Shown: in pieces, positions 12,225-27,003 of the stretch
How the letters are laid out: every line of letters starts with the position of its first letter
Numbering within the stretch: the stretch's first letter is position 1
Origin: Octopus vulgaris
Lineage: Eukaryota
DNA length: 64,000 bases
Assembly: GCA_951406725.2 (NCBI GenBank)
Contig: OX597814.1
Span: 80,166,001 to 80,230,000 of the forward strand
Reading direction: 5' to 3'
Made by a program: the position numbers and the translations under genes
Notes under the pieces: model-generated
The model's database searches: none
The model's input: the letters and a program-made list of their open reading frames with translations, nothing else
Told to the model about the DNA's origin: nothing

Positions 12225-14760
12225 GACGTAGTTGGACGGTATGGACTTGCTTCTCTAGGTGCCGAGCCGCAAGCCCACTGATTTTTCCTGGTTAATTGTC
12301 GACGAAACCGCTTTGTAGTTCATGAAAGCGGTGCCAATCATTTCTATGTGTTTATGATCCGACGCTACTATGGTGATGTCGTCGGCATGTACCGACACGC
12401 ATCTCCCACATCCTAGGTCACGCGGGATGCTTCACAACGTCTGCAGTTTGTGCAGTGGTGGCCCGAGAGTCAGTACGTACAAGAGAGACAAGAGGGGGCA
12501 GCCTTGCCGGACCGAGCACATGATGTTGAACGGCTCTGGAAGGTGACCGTTCACACTGACCGCTGAACAGATGTTGCTGTGCATTGCAGCGATCCAGCCC
12601 CTGAATACAGGCCCGAAACCAGTTGCACTGAGGACCGCCACCAAGTATAGATGGTCCACCCTATCGAAGGCTTTAGACTGTTCTAAATTGATCAGGGCGC
12701 ACCCGTGCCAGGTTCTTTAACAACTTTCTCAATGATGTATCGCATGAGGTGGAGGTTTTTGTGGATGGATCTTTTCTGGATAGCACATGTTTGTGCCTCC
12801 CCTACTAAATCTCCGATGAAAAGCGCCAAACTCGTAGCTAACATCTCGTTTTGAACTCTGCATTCAGCAGAGTTAAGGGCCTAAAGTTGTCAATAAAATT
12901 CCCCTTGTTCGGGTCTTTTTTCAACAACGCCACCGCTCCTCCGCTCACAAAAACTGGGAATTCTCTCATTCTGTTGCCAGTTGCAGTAAAGGTTTGCTAA
13001 GAGGCCGCCGAACAAGTTTGGCATGTAAGCATAAAGCTAGTTGTGCAGACCATCCAAACCAAGTGATTTACGCCTCGTGCGGCTAGCCATTGCTTCCCGT
13101 ATTTCAAAGGCTGTTATCGGTCTTTCGCAGCGTTCCGCCTCCGTTGCCGCGAGCTGCAACAGCCCGACGAGGTAGTACGTGAAATCCATCCTGCGACCCG
13201 GCTCCTGAACAGCTGAGCGAAGCACCGCTAAAATGCCGTACACATCTGTCTCGGATAAGTTATCATTTGCCTCTGTGGTCCGTCTAGAATAGGATCGGGG
13301 ATTTACTGCTACGCTGTGCCTCTGTCACTCAGGCCCATTGAATACATTTCGTCCCTTCGTGTCTAAGTGCTCGTGCCTTAGCTCTGACAATGCAACCTTC
13401 GTGTTTCGCATTGAAGAATTGGTCGAGTGCCAATCTCGCTGCGAGCACGTTGGTCGCGATACCTCTTTTTAAAAGTCTCGTCTAGCTTCTTGACTAACTC
13501 TGTTTCAACTCTGTTTCTTTCAACTCGTCCTTTGCTAAACCTTATTCTATTCTAATCACCCTTTTCAGGGCGAGCCTCATTATTGTCTTATTGCCCCAGT
13601 CAACGCCTTCTTAACTAGTGCACTAACCCAGTCTCTGAAATCTTTACGCGCCGGCAACGAAGTGTTCAGCTTCCAGTAACCGGGTCCCTGTCTATGAAAC
13701 CTACCGAAGTCGATGGTGTACAGATCACGAATTTGTGATCTGTGTAGTCGACTACTTTAAACTGTAGATAACCTATGCTCTCCTTACCTGCTACTCTACG
13801 GAATACCCTATCTAGATAAGATATGAATGACCCGATACGGTTTGATCAGGTCCACACTGGCACATCCGGGAAATCCAGTTGATATCTGTCAGACAGTTGG
13901 AATCGTCTGAGCAGATTTGTGAGGCTTTTGCACCCTCCTCTCCTATCTGCCAAACTTACACAGTTCCACTTTACATTTAAAACTCCATTCCAATAACCCA
14001 CTAACACTAAAGAGCAGGACGTTCCCAGGAAAGTTTCTAGACGTCTGAAGAAATCTGGTCGCCCGGCCGCTGTCGGAGCATAGGTATGTCCTTCGCTGTA
14101 TATCACATCTAGGACCACCAACTTACCTTCTGGATCCAGGAAGTTCGTCAGTATTGCAAGATCCAGATTTTTCCGAACCATGAAGGCGACTCCACCTCCC
14201 GCTCCTGGGTGACTTGGAGATGTGTACATCTCATAGTCACCGAAAATAGGTCGGAAATCCTGTGAATCAGAAATTCTGGTTTCACTAATGGCCACCACGT
14301 CAACATTCAGTTCCCTGATGTCGTTGAGCAGGTGACCCCGCTTCCAAGGCGACCCCAGACCACACACACATTCTGTATACGACCATGTTGTCGGAAAAGA
14401 AAAGAAAAGAAAAGGAAAACATACTTGGTTTTGTTTGGAGGGGCGGATTACCCGTCCCTCCTGTTGGCTTGGGGTGTTTCCAGCAATAAATCGAACGTCC
14501 ACCATTCTATAGGCCTTTCCTCTCTGCACATACTCCTTTAGATTCCAGACGGAACCTAAAGCTTTTTGTATTTGAGCCTCCTATGGATCTTTCTACACTC
14601 CTTGATTTTAAACCGATTGTACGGTACGTCATTCTGCGACATATCGTATCCTGGATTGTCTCAGGTGGGGTATTTAACTTAACAACTATTCCGTCTCTCT
14701 CGACTAGCTGTCTAGCATTTTTAAGTTCCCCTTCAGAAAAATATATACTGAAGAGATAAC
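12225..14760 (-). pseudogene. Degenerate L1-clade (Tx1-like) LINE: APE endonuclease and RT remnants
   Basis: Minus strand: DVVAISET, YAP and YTDHKF (APE), GYWKLNTSL, KSLGLDGL, SKAFDRVDH, SVRQGCPL.SLLYVL and ADDITIVA (RT). Many stops and frameshifts. Confidence 0.85.
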
Positions 14761-15452
14761 TTGGCTGCTCCAGCGAAAGAAAGTTCAGAAAAGCTAATTC
14801 AAGCTATTGCATCGGTTTGTGTTTCAGCTCCTTCATTGTTTTTGTTATTATTGCTGTTGCTTTTGTTGTTGTTGTCTTCGTCGTCGCCATCTTTGTTATT
14901 GTTGTTGTGGTTGTTGATGGTGATGCTGATATTGTTGTTACTTGTACTCAATTAGTCCGTTGCTTCGCTTATGAAAGGGCTCTCATTGTTTACGTTTTCG
15001 AAATCGCTGTTTTTGTTTCGAGCAATGTTGTCAAAAACGAAGCCATTGCTTTTCCGAAGATCTTCTAAGAGACTCTTCTTGAAAAACTTGGCTTTGTTGG
15101 CCTTTTTGTCCTTTTTTTTCCGAGAAAGATAGTGCTATCGTCTGTTCTTTTTTCAGCCCCAAGTCGCTTCGCACGTACACTCACTGTCATTGACGTTTGG
15201 TGACACTCCTCATTCTTTCCCCCTCTCTCACCGTATATCGTGTTTTCTCCATGTTGGTGAAGAAAACGCAAACAACTGTGATTGAAAAACAAAACTGGGA
15301 GACAAAACAGGAAAATACACTCACCACTCGACAGCAAATAATTTGTTGTTCACATGGTATAAACTTGAAGGGTGCAAATACTCTATTATGTGTTTTTTCC
15401 CTTATAACATTCCCAGAGCGAGGACAAGCGTAACTTGCCAGGTTGACGGCCA

Positions 15453-16730
<1,278 letters not shown>

Positions 16731-16732
<2 letters not shown>

Positions 16733-17281
16733 GAACTGATGCAGTACCAGGCAATGGCTCTCATGGCTTCTGATCTTAATTGATTGGAAGTGTTATCATG
16801 TACATGTTTTGTATTGGTGTAAAAGATGAGCTATAACAAATATTCTGCTCAATATCACAGATTTGCTTGTCAGTTGTTTGACCTTAACCAGCTGAGCATG
16901 TCCCTTAGTGCCTGACGATATGTGCATCTCTGATCATGAGTAGAAGTAGTGGGGGACTATCGTAGCCATGTAATTCATTGAGGTTTGAACAATTCACTTC
17001 TGGGAACATGGGTGTTTTATTTATCATCCTTAAACAACCCTTTCAGGGACCTTTTGAGTGGGATGGGCTACTTGACCTGCAGAAAGTTCTAACAGGGCCC
17101 CCACCTGCAAGGTCATGCGCTATTTTATCTTGATATGAGATCACCATGATGGGCACGTATGGGTGTAATGCATGGGTCTGATGCACTCTTATCAGGGGAT
17201 TAGTCATGATGGGTATACTGCGCTTCGTATATTTTACCCCAGTGTCACCTTGATGGCATGCAATGCTCTCTCACTCAGTAG
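16731..17281 (+). mobile_element. Older copy of the (TAA)n-associated retroposon 3' end
   Basis: Homologous to 11774-12192 with more substitutions. Confidence 0.75.
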
Positions 17282-18572
17282 TAACAACAACAATAACAAC
17301 AACAAAAACAACAATACAAACTACGAATAAGTGAGAAAATACATATTATATAAAGAGTAAATATTTACTAGATGCATATTGTTTGCTTTGTATTTTTCTC
17401 CCCGATGTCTTGAACAGCGATTGTAGCGCACGGTTGGTCTGTACAGGAGCAGGGTGAGAGTCTTTCATTCCTTGTATGTCTGTATATATATATATATATA
17501 TATCACTTATTTTTGGTTATCTTCAGTTTTATTGTTTACTCTATTAAATTTTTTTCGCTGTGGTCTTGTTATTTATCTTAGATAAGGTGTTTTATGTCCA
17601 TACACACACATACACACACACACATATATATATATACATGTACACACACACGCACACATACACGCACACACAGACACACACACACTCACATATATATATA
17701 TATATATGTATGTACATGTATGTACGCACATAAATGAATACATATGTATATTTGAAAATTGTATGTATATGTGTATATATATACATATATATATATATTT
17801 ACATACACATATTGGGTTTCCATTGGTTTCGGTTTCCCTTATTACATAACACTTTCCCTGTAGCTGATATGTTATGCATTTATCCTCTACATATTCATAT
17901 CTATATTTTGTTTACAAACAGATGTGTCTGAATTTCTGCAGATGAATATGTCATGTCCATTATACATTTGCAACCGCGAGACACACAGATATAAGTATAT
18001 ATATGCATGTGTGTGTGTATGTTATGTATATGTATATATATATATATGTCTATATATATATACATATACATATTATACATATATATATATATGTATATAT
18101 ACATATATACATATATGCATGTATATATACATATTTATACACACTCATACATACATTCATACATATATGCATACGTACGTACTTACATACATATATGTAT
18201 ATATGTGCGTGTATGTATATGTATACATAAATACGTACATATATAAAACAAAATATACATGAGCATACACATATACATGATATGCGCGTATATATACGTA
18301 TATACATACACACACACACACACATTTATATACATATATGTATATACAATACATATGTATATATAGTTATATATGCAGGCATATATGCACAGTTATTTGT
18401 GTGTGCCTTTCTGTAAGTGACTTTATGTGTATGTGTATGTGAATGTGTACGTGTATGCGTATGAGTTTATAGGTATGTATTCATGTACATATATCTGTAC
18501 GTGTTTCTACAAGTGCGTTTGTGTGTATGGTTTTACCATGCGGGTATATGTTTGTGTGTGCGTGTTAGTGTT

Positions 18573-18636
<64 letters not shown>

Positions 18637-18957
18637 ATATCTACGTACACAGGAGTGTATTCATGCTGGTATCTGTGTTGTGATAAATAATCACGTGTCG
18701 AAATGTATTCCAATAACGTATTGAAATGGTTTCCTAAATTGCCATTTCAGTCGTTTGACAGCGATAAATAAAATAAATATATAATCTGGGTAGGGACATG
18801 GAATACATAGAATAAAGGGGGAAATATTATGGAATAATGTGGAAGGTATATGTATAAATAAACTAAACAATCTTTTGTGCATGAGTTAATGTTTGTAGTG
18901 TATGAGCATGTTGTATATATGTGTACGGTTGTGTATTCTATGATTGTCGTATTAATA

Positions 18958-18988
<31 letters not shown>

Positions 18989-19032
18989 TGATGATAATAA
19001 TAATAATGATAATAATAATAATAATAATAATA

Positions 19033-19076
<44 letters not shown>

Positions 19077-19156
19077 TGATGATGATAATCCTTTTGTAAA
19101 GTTATCGTATATGCACAAATGTGGGATTGTAGAAAACAAAGACAAACAAGAAGCAC

Positions 19157-19239
<83 letters not shown>

Positions 19240-19240
<1 letters not shown>

Positions 19241-19650
19241 GCAGGCGTGGCTGTGTAGTAAGACGTTTGCTTCCCAGCCACATGGTTCTGGGTTCAGTCC
19301 TACTGTGTGACATCTTGGCCAAATGTCTTCTACTAGGTCCTCGGGCCGACCAAAGCTCTGTGAGTGAATTTGGTAGATGGAAACTGAAAGAAACTTGTCG
19401 TGTATATATATGTGTGTGTTTGTGTGTGTGTGTGTGTGTGTCTTTGTGTCTGTGTTTGTCCCCGCCACTATTGCTTGACAACCGATGTTGATGTGTTTAT
19501 GTCCCCGTAAGTTATCGGTTCGGCAAAAGGGACCTATAGAATAAGTACTAGACGTACAAAGAGAAAATCCGGGAGTCGATTTCTTCCACTAAAACCTTTT
19601 AAGACGGTGTTCCAGCATGACTGAAACATATAAAAGAATAAAGGAATAAA
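19240..19650 (+). mobile_element. tRNA-derived SINE family B
   Basis: GGCGTGGCTGTGTAGTAAGA (A-box-like) and GGGTTCAGTCCTAC (B-box-like), with internal (TG)n. Confidence 0.8.
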
Positions 19651-19683
19651 AGAATATATATAATCATTCACAGACACACAAAA

Positions 19684-19787
<104 letters not shown>

Positions 19788-19789
19788 TA

Positions 19790-19950
19790 TACGACGGGCT
19801 TCTTTCAGTTTTCGTCAACCAAATCCACTCACAAGGCTTTGGTCAGCCCGACACTATAGTAGAAGACACTTGCCCAAGGTACCACGCAGTGGGACTGAAC
19901 CCAGAACCATGTTGTTGGTAAGAAAGCTACTTACCACGCAGCCACTCCTG
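19790..19950 (-). mobile_element. SINE family B head
   Basis: Reverse complement of the 19240-19400 head. Confidence 0.8.
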
Positions 19951-20069
19951 CAGCTGTTTATAAATGAGCGTGCAGGTGTGGAGCAACGCCTTAAGGACAC
20001 CCAGATTTCAGCAATAGGCCTCAGAATCAACCATTTAAGAACGAAATATGTGCACAAAACCTAACAGTG

Positions 20070-20500
20070 GTGGGAAATGAGGAAACGGAGATCAAGTAGT
20101 ACGTCTACTCGTGACAGACATTGAATATAAGACTAAATATAAAATCTAAGATCTTGAGTGGAGTACGAGCAGCATTTGTTCTAGATTAGAATGTGCTCAA
20201 AGCACAGCTGGACATGACCTTGTGTGGTAGTTTCTCCAATAATATCACTTCTTTCTGCTCTCTTGTATGCGCTACTACAAAGAAGGAACAACAGCAATTA
20301 GCTAAAACACAAAGAGTCATGGAAACATTCACGCTTGGACTGTCGCTGCAGGTTTATATCCGAAACGAAATAATTCGAGAACATAGTTGAGTGAACGATG
20401 TGATCGCGAAATACCAGAATCATTAGTTAGGCTGGGGCAGGATACGTTGCAAGGTTCACAAACAATAGATAGAGCCATGCAGTTATTAGGTGCTATCCAA
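20070..20500 (+). pseudogene. Highly degenerate RTE-like LINE 3' ORF remnant
   Basis: QQLAKTQRVME.FTLGLSLQVYIRNEIIREHS followed by a WAGYVAR-like segment, typical of RTE ORF C-termini. Confidence 0.5.
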
Positions 20501-20832
20501 GAGATCAGAAGACCTCCAAGATGTTTCTTTATTAACCACACAGGGCTGAACACAGAGGGGACAAATTACACAGTAGAGCTTTTCTTTTTGAAGAGAAAAA
20601 TATTAAAATTAAAAAAACTTAAAGTAAAAAGGGGGTAGGCTTTCGATCAAAAGGGATCGTATAAAAGAAGAAGTCCTCCAAGATGACGGGAAGACAACAT
20701 ATTCAAACAATCCGTGCCCGGATGGAAGATAAAAGCGCAATGATAGGAAAGACTGGAAGCGCATTGCGATCATCGATGTATACGGACATTTAGTAATTTA
20801 GTCTATAACGAGATAAACAGATTTATATATTC

Positions 20833-20875
<43 letters not shown>

Positions 20876-21063
20876 CGTGAAGATATTTGTGTATGTGTGT
20901 GCTCGAATGCGTCTAGTTGCACAAGTCACTAGATGTCCCTTGATACGGATATATTCGAAAGTTATTCATTCCCCTTATTTATTTTACTCACATTTTATTC
21001 AACGCAACAATAAATTATTAGTTAGTTGCAGGCATACTCAGGGGATAAATGCTTCGTTTAAAC

Positions 21064-21490
21064 CAGTGGTTCTTCACCATTTTTTGTAACCCCCACCCCA
21101 TCCTTTTAAGTAGTTGTTATGCCTAGCGACCACTTAAGTGGCGAGTGAGGTATCACGACTAAGCTAACTTAACATGGACGATAATTTATAAATTTTACTC
21201 TAAAAATGGATTGCATGAGCTTTTAACAATGAAATAATAAAAAATTGATAAAGACAAAATTTGTAAATTTACGTTATACATTGCAAGTTAATGATTTTCC
21301 TTCTGCCTAATGAGATCTCATTTTATTTTAAAGACCATTACTTGTTTTATCATGTATAATATAATTACTACTATACTACGTATACTACGTAAAATTTAAT
21401 ATGTTAATTATGTTAGCTCACCGCCCCCTAAAACCTTCGACATGCCCAGTAATCACTTGCGAACAGTACCACCCACGTTGAGAACCTCTG
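21064..21490. mobile_element. hAT-type MITE, 427 bp
   Basis: Termini CAGTGGTTCTTCAC / GTTGAGAACCTCTG. 8-bp TSD GTTTAAAC / GTTTAGAC. Confidence 0.75.
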
Positions 21491-21514
21491 GTTTAGACAA
21501 ATTACGATATATTC

Positions 21515-21774
21515 GGATCTTTTCAATCTCAGTCACAGATTTTTTAATTCAGTTTTTTTTTTTTAACTAAACAGTTTGAAACTTCGGATATTGGTTGAAT
21601 GTGTCACGTAGAACATGGTTTACTCATAATGTTTTTGACAAAATTTTGTATTTTAGAAGTTATTTCTTGTTAAACTTGTCGTATTTGGGTAAGTTTAACC
21701 AATCAATGATGTGTATTCAGATGAAGATGGTTACTGCTGTTTACGAAAGTAATGGAAGAGTCATCGGGTCATGA

Positions 21775-21812
<38 letters not shown>

Positions 21813-22452
21813 AGAAAAGTATAAATAATAAGAAAGGCAGGTGAGAAAAACAGAAAGTCCTTTTATAGGGAATACATACGTGTGTATTTTTTCCATCTTA
21901 TCCAATATGTCCACTCATTTATATAATGTTAGCGTGTGACATTCAGAGAGATTTGGGTGTTATTTCCAGCAGGTCAAGCAACTATACAGATTCTCACATT
22001 TTCTTTCACACACACATACATACATACATGCACACATACATGCATATACACATACATACATACATACATACATACATACATACATGTACATATATGTACA
22101 TACACACAAATATACATGTTTTAATCGTTGATTTCAGTTAACTCGTTCAGTGATTGCGCCTGATTTTTTTAACGTGACAAATCGTAGAGAGAGAGAGAGA
22201 GAGAGAGAGAATGAATGAATGAATGAATGAGAGAGAGAGAAAGAAAGAGAGTGAGTGAGAGAGAGAGAGAACAGAGAGAGAGTGGTGGTGTGTTGACGAT
22301 CTGAACGAAAGCTTATATCAACTTACCAACCCCTACCACTGCATGTTAATTTATTAAATCCTCTCCTTTTTCTTGCTTCCATTCGGGGTTTTATCAGCTT
22401 TACATACGAGTGTGTGTGTGTGTGAGTGTGTGTGTGTGAGTGTGTGTGTGTA

Positions 22453-22506
<54 letters not shown>

Positions 22507-22988
22507 CGTGATGGATAGCAGAAACGCTGCATGAACAACTGTCGTCAACTTCACAATTCCCTTCGCTCCTTAAAGCTATGTATTCCTCACACCCACTTCC
22601 CTTTCCTTTCCTCAGCGTTCTAAAAGTTGCATGTGTGTGTATGTATTGATGTGTGTGTATGTGTGTATATGTATACATGTGTCTCTGTGTTTACGTACAT
22701 ATGTGTATGCAACATCCAAACATGACCCGATGACCCGGAAGTTGTTGCTCTTCCATTACTTTCGCAAACAGCAGTAACTTACTTTAGCTGAATACACGTC
22801 AGTGATTAGTTAAAATTACCCAAATGCAACTTTAACTCGAAATAACTTCTAAAATACAAAATTTTGTCAAAAACCTTAAGAGTAAACCGTGTTCTACGTG
22901 ACACATTCAACCAGTATCCGAAGTTTCAAAGTGTTTAGTTAAAAAAAAAAACGAATTAAAAAATCTGTGACTGAGATTGAAAAGATCC
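21515..22988. mobile_element. Fold-back element with ~260-bp imperfect terminal inverted repeats
   Basis: 21515-21773 is the diverged reverse complement of 22721-22988 (termini GGATCTTTTCAATCTCAGTCACAG / CTGTGACTGAGATTGAAAAGATCC). Interior is mostly microsatellite. Confidence 0.75.
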
Positions 22989-23279
22989 ATATATTCTTGT
23001 GAAAGTATATATTAGATGTTAGATAAATTCGTTCGCTTTTTGTACTTCTTCTTTTCTGCTTGGACTTAATCGTATATGTTTGAAAAGAGATAAAATGTAT
23101 TAAAATTTCAAAAATAATCAGCAAAAGTTGTAGAGGACGAATAGAGCTGCAAAAAAGAGCAAACAATAATAAACGATAAAAATAATAAGTTTCCTGTTTA
23201 TTCAAATAACACTAAAAGAGTCAAAATAAATGAGGACAAAAAAGAAACGAATTTATCTGACAACAATATAATGTATATG

Positions 23280-23665
23280 CTAAGAAGTTTGCTTCCCGAT
23301 CACATGGTTCCGGGTTCGGTCCCACTTCGACAAGTATCTTCTATTATAGACAAGTATCTTCTATTATAGCCACGGGCCGACCAAAGCCTCGTGAGTGGAT
23401 TTGATAGACAGAAACCGTGGTATATATATGTGTGTGTGTGTGTGTCTTTTTGCATGTGCCTACTCTCCCCCCATCACTGTTCGAAAACCAATGATGGTGT
23501 GTTTACGTACCCCGTAACTAGCGGTTTGACAAAAGAGACCGATAGAATAAGTCTTACGCTTAAAAAAATAAGTCCTGGGTTTCGATTTGCTCGACTAAAG
23601 CCCTTCAAGACGGTGCCACAGCATGGCTGCAGTCAAATGACTGGAACAAGTTTAAAATAAACGAT
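23280..23665 (+). mobile_element. SINE family B
   Basis: Homologous to 19240-19650. Contains a local 20-bp tandem duplication GACAAGTATCTTCTATTATA. Confidence 0.75.
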
Positions 23666-24581
23666 AAATATGATATACAAATACCGAATCTTACACAAAC
23701 AAGGAAAGATCGTCGTATCTTAATATCTTAAATGGTAGTTCTGTGCAGTTGGTCGTGGGTTGGTAAACTGGAATAAAATGTTAGAATCAGGTGTAAATCT
23801 GGCAGTGAGCCATTAAATAATGGTGTGTCTTGGTGAATATTACAACGGTTTCCTTTAAGTAGATTTAGTCCGATATTTCACTTTCTCTACACACATTCCC
23901 AGAATCCATTAACACAAGTAAATTACAAACGACTTTCGCAAACATAAAACACTTAGCTTAGATCAACGCTGCTTTGCTTACTTCTTACCGCACTTTTTTT
24001 TTTCTTTCATCCCGTTCTTTCTCTCTTTCTCCCCTCCTCTCTCTTTCTCCCCCTCTCTCTCTTTCTCCCCCTCCTCTCTCTCTCTCTCTCTTTCTCTCTG
24101 TTTCCATCTCACAGTTTCTGTCCTTTTTCTATCTTGTTTGTGTGTCTGTCTAATTTTCCTCTTCTCTCTATGTTGATGTCTATCTGTCCTCGTTCCCCTT
24201 GTCTCTCTCCCTGTGTTCCTTTGTTTCTATCTGCCTGTCATTTCCTCCTTCCCCTTCCTTCTGTCTCTCTCTTTCTCTCTCTGTCACTCAATCTCACTGA
24301 ATGTCTATCCCTTTCTCTGTTGTATATGTATCTACATCTTTCTTATTTTCACACTTCTGAATATTTATGTCTGCTCTCTCTCTCTCTCTCTCTTTCTCTC
24401 TCCCCCCTCTCCCCCTCTCTCTCTCTTCCACTCAAAAGTTTGCTCTTTCTTTGTCTTCCTACATTTATCACTGTTTGAATGTGTATCTGTCTTACCCACA
24501 ATGCGCTATTCTCTTTCTATTTTTTTCTCCCCCTACCTCTGCGTCTTGCATGTACCCCTCCATCTGTATCCGTCTTCTCAA

Positions 24582-24935
24582 GGCAGAAACGTTAGCACGC
24601 TGGGCGAAATGCTTTCGTCTGCCGTTACGTTCTGAGTTCAAATTCCGCCGAGGTCGACTTTGCCTTTCTATCCTTTCGAGGTCGATTAAATAAGTACCAG
24701 TTATGCACTGGGGTCGATATAATCGACTTAATCCGTTTGTCTGTCCTTGTTTGTCCTCTCTGTGTTTAGCCCCTTGTGGGTAGTAAAGAAATAGAAATAG
24801 GTATTTCATATGTCTTTACATTCTGAATTCAAATTCCGTCGACTTTGTTTTTCATCCGTTCGGAGTCGATAAATTAAGGACCAGTAGCGTACTGGAGTCG
24901 ATCTAATCGACTGTACTCTTCCCCAAAAATTTCGT
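24582..24935 (+). mobile_element. SINE family A (dimeric)
   Basis: GGCAGAAACGTTAGCACG..GAGTTCAAATTCCGCCGAGGTCGACTTTGCC, with a second unit from ~24800. Confidence 0.8.
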
Positions 24936-25473
24936 ACAATGCTTTTTATTTTAATGTAAGAATAATTTTTCGTGGCTTGAAACTTTGACTGCCATTTTTA
25001 GAATGTAAGAAATCTACGTGTTGTTTTTCTCTCCTTGTATATTTCATACACTATTATATTTTAAAATATTTATGTCTTCTGAATCTTATTACGGATGCTG
25101 GCCGCTGGTAAAATATTATTTAATAATGTTTACCCTTATCTATTACATAAAATCCGTTCTGTCTGTCTGTGTGTGTGTCTTTTAGGATCTTGGGCATCCT
25201 CCATCCGATTGCGCTCAAATTTGATATGTAGATACCAAAAGAGTAAGATGCAAAAGAGATATTTTCTTCAAACTTGGCATGAAGAAAGGAAAAACTATTT
25301 GGTTTCTCAAGAAGTCTTTTTTTTTTTTTTGCCTTAACTTCGTTTAACAAGACCAAAAATTTTATTGAAATAAAGTCATGCTTAATTATTTTTTAATGAA
25401 AAGAAAACACTGATTGCTTTTTATTCAGCAGATATGATTCAGCACCGTCCATTGGACGCGAGACGTTTTGCTC

Positions 25474-25528
<55 letters not shown>

Positions 25529-25534
25529 TTCAAT

Positions 25535-25740
25535 ATGTGACCGCGTGTGTATCGTCGGTGATTTTCTTTCTCTGTCTTACCTTGGACCTTTCCTTTTTTC
25601 TATTTTTCTGACGAAGAGCTCCGCTCGAAACGTTAAATCCTCCTTCTTTCTTTCCTTTCCTGGACGTCCAATAACACTATACTTGTTCCACGTCCTCGCG
25701 TTGTTGTGTTTTCTCTTTGCTCATGTTTGGAGTAACTGTA
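25535..25740 (+). mobile_element. ~200-bp (TA)n-anchored element carrying a minimal hammerhead motif (solo pLTR-like)
   Basis: Flanked by TA repeats. Homologous to 62779-62982 and 7844-8005. Confidence 0.7.
25605..25637 (+). ncRNA. Minimal hammerhead ribozyme-like motif
   Basis: TTT-CTGACGA-A-GAGC-TCC-GCTC-GAAA-CGT-T-AAA: core, stem II hairpin, palindromic ACGT in place of stem III, weak stem I. Confidence 0.55.
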
Positions 25741-25776
25741 TATATATATAAAGCAAAAACATTGTTATTATTATTA

Positions 25777-25990
25777 GGCGATGGACTGGGGGAATCGTTA
25801 GCGCATCGAACAAAATGCTTAGCGGCATTTCTTACGGCTTTATATTCTAAGTTCAGATTCCGCCGAGAGACAACCTTGATTTTCCTCCTTTCGGAGTCGA
25901 CAAAATAAGTACCAGTAGAGTACCGGAGTCACTGTAAGCGACTATCCCTTTTCCCCAAAATTCCAGCCTCTGTGCCTGTAGTAGAAACAA
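25777..25990 (+). mobile_element. Degenerate SINE family A
   Basis: GAATCGTTAGCGC..AAATGCTTAGCGGCATTTC..GTTCAGATTCCGCCGAG. Confidence 0.7.
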
Positions 25991-26705
25991 CTCTTATTAT
26001 TATTATGGTTTTCAAATCTTAGAAATCTCCGTCTTTCCCTTTTTCATTTTCTTATTTTCTTTATCTATCCTAATTCTTAACACGTAGTTATTAAATATTT
26101 TAATGTTCTGCTACTTCTGATAACTGTTAACTATAACCTTTGTCTAGTGTCCCGCGATAGGTCAGAAGGAATAATAATATCCATTATTGATTTTACCTTT
26201 AGGTTTATTGAAGTGTTACAGATATTTAACCGTCATAGCTTGTTGAATTATAGCATCACTATGAATCTTTAAAAAAACATTATACCAAGTGAACTATATT
26301 AAAGAATATTAGCTGTGGCAAAAATGTCTAATATAATCTTTGTATTATTCTTAACACGTATAATCATTACATATTTAAATAATTATATTAATATCCAATA
26401 AGCCAGTATCACACAAAACAATATCTCACGTGTTAAAACGTGTTGCACAGCTCGAAAGCAAGTCGTCAAAGATATGACTTAATTGGTAGATACTATTTAA
26501 TACTTTAAATAGTTGAAGAAAAGAAAGTTAGTAGAAAAGAGAAAACATCGAGCAGGAAGAAGAAATTCGAGAGAGAGCTGGTAGGTAATACTTTTTACGT
26601 TGTACAAAGTGTGTCACAGGAGCATAATTTAAATCAATCAATTCGATTTGTAGCTAACATTCATTAGGGAAAGAGCAGAGCGACGCAGAAACACATAGCC
26701 TACAG

Positions 26706-27003
26706 TCTGATGAGGTCATTAATAGCCCAGTACGATGTGTTTTCACAAACGTTATTTACATGAGAATTTCTGTTCTGAGAGAGTTACTGCAGCGAAAGTC
26801 TTTTCACGTTTGAGTATCTACGAACTTGTTAAACATGAATGTGTGCATCTTTTTCTGATGAGGTCATTAATAGCCCAGTACGATGTGTTTTCACAAACGT
26901 TATTTACATGAGAATTTCTGTTCTGGGAGAGTTACTGCAGCGAAAGTCTTTTCACGTTTGAGTATCTACGAACTTGTTAAATATGAATGTGTGCATCTTT
27001 TTC
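26706..27003. repeat. Tandem duplication of a 148-bp unit
   Basis: Units start at 26706 and 26854 (TCTGATGAGGTCATTAATAG) and show two substitutions. A diverged third copy lies at ~27157-27290. Confidence 0.9.

Noticed and set aside
26706-26805. CTGATGA ... CGAAAGTC in a tandem repeat as a hammerhead retrozyme
   Set aside because: No stem I pairing, no clear stem II and no feasible stem III.
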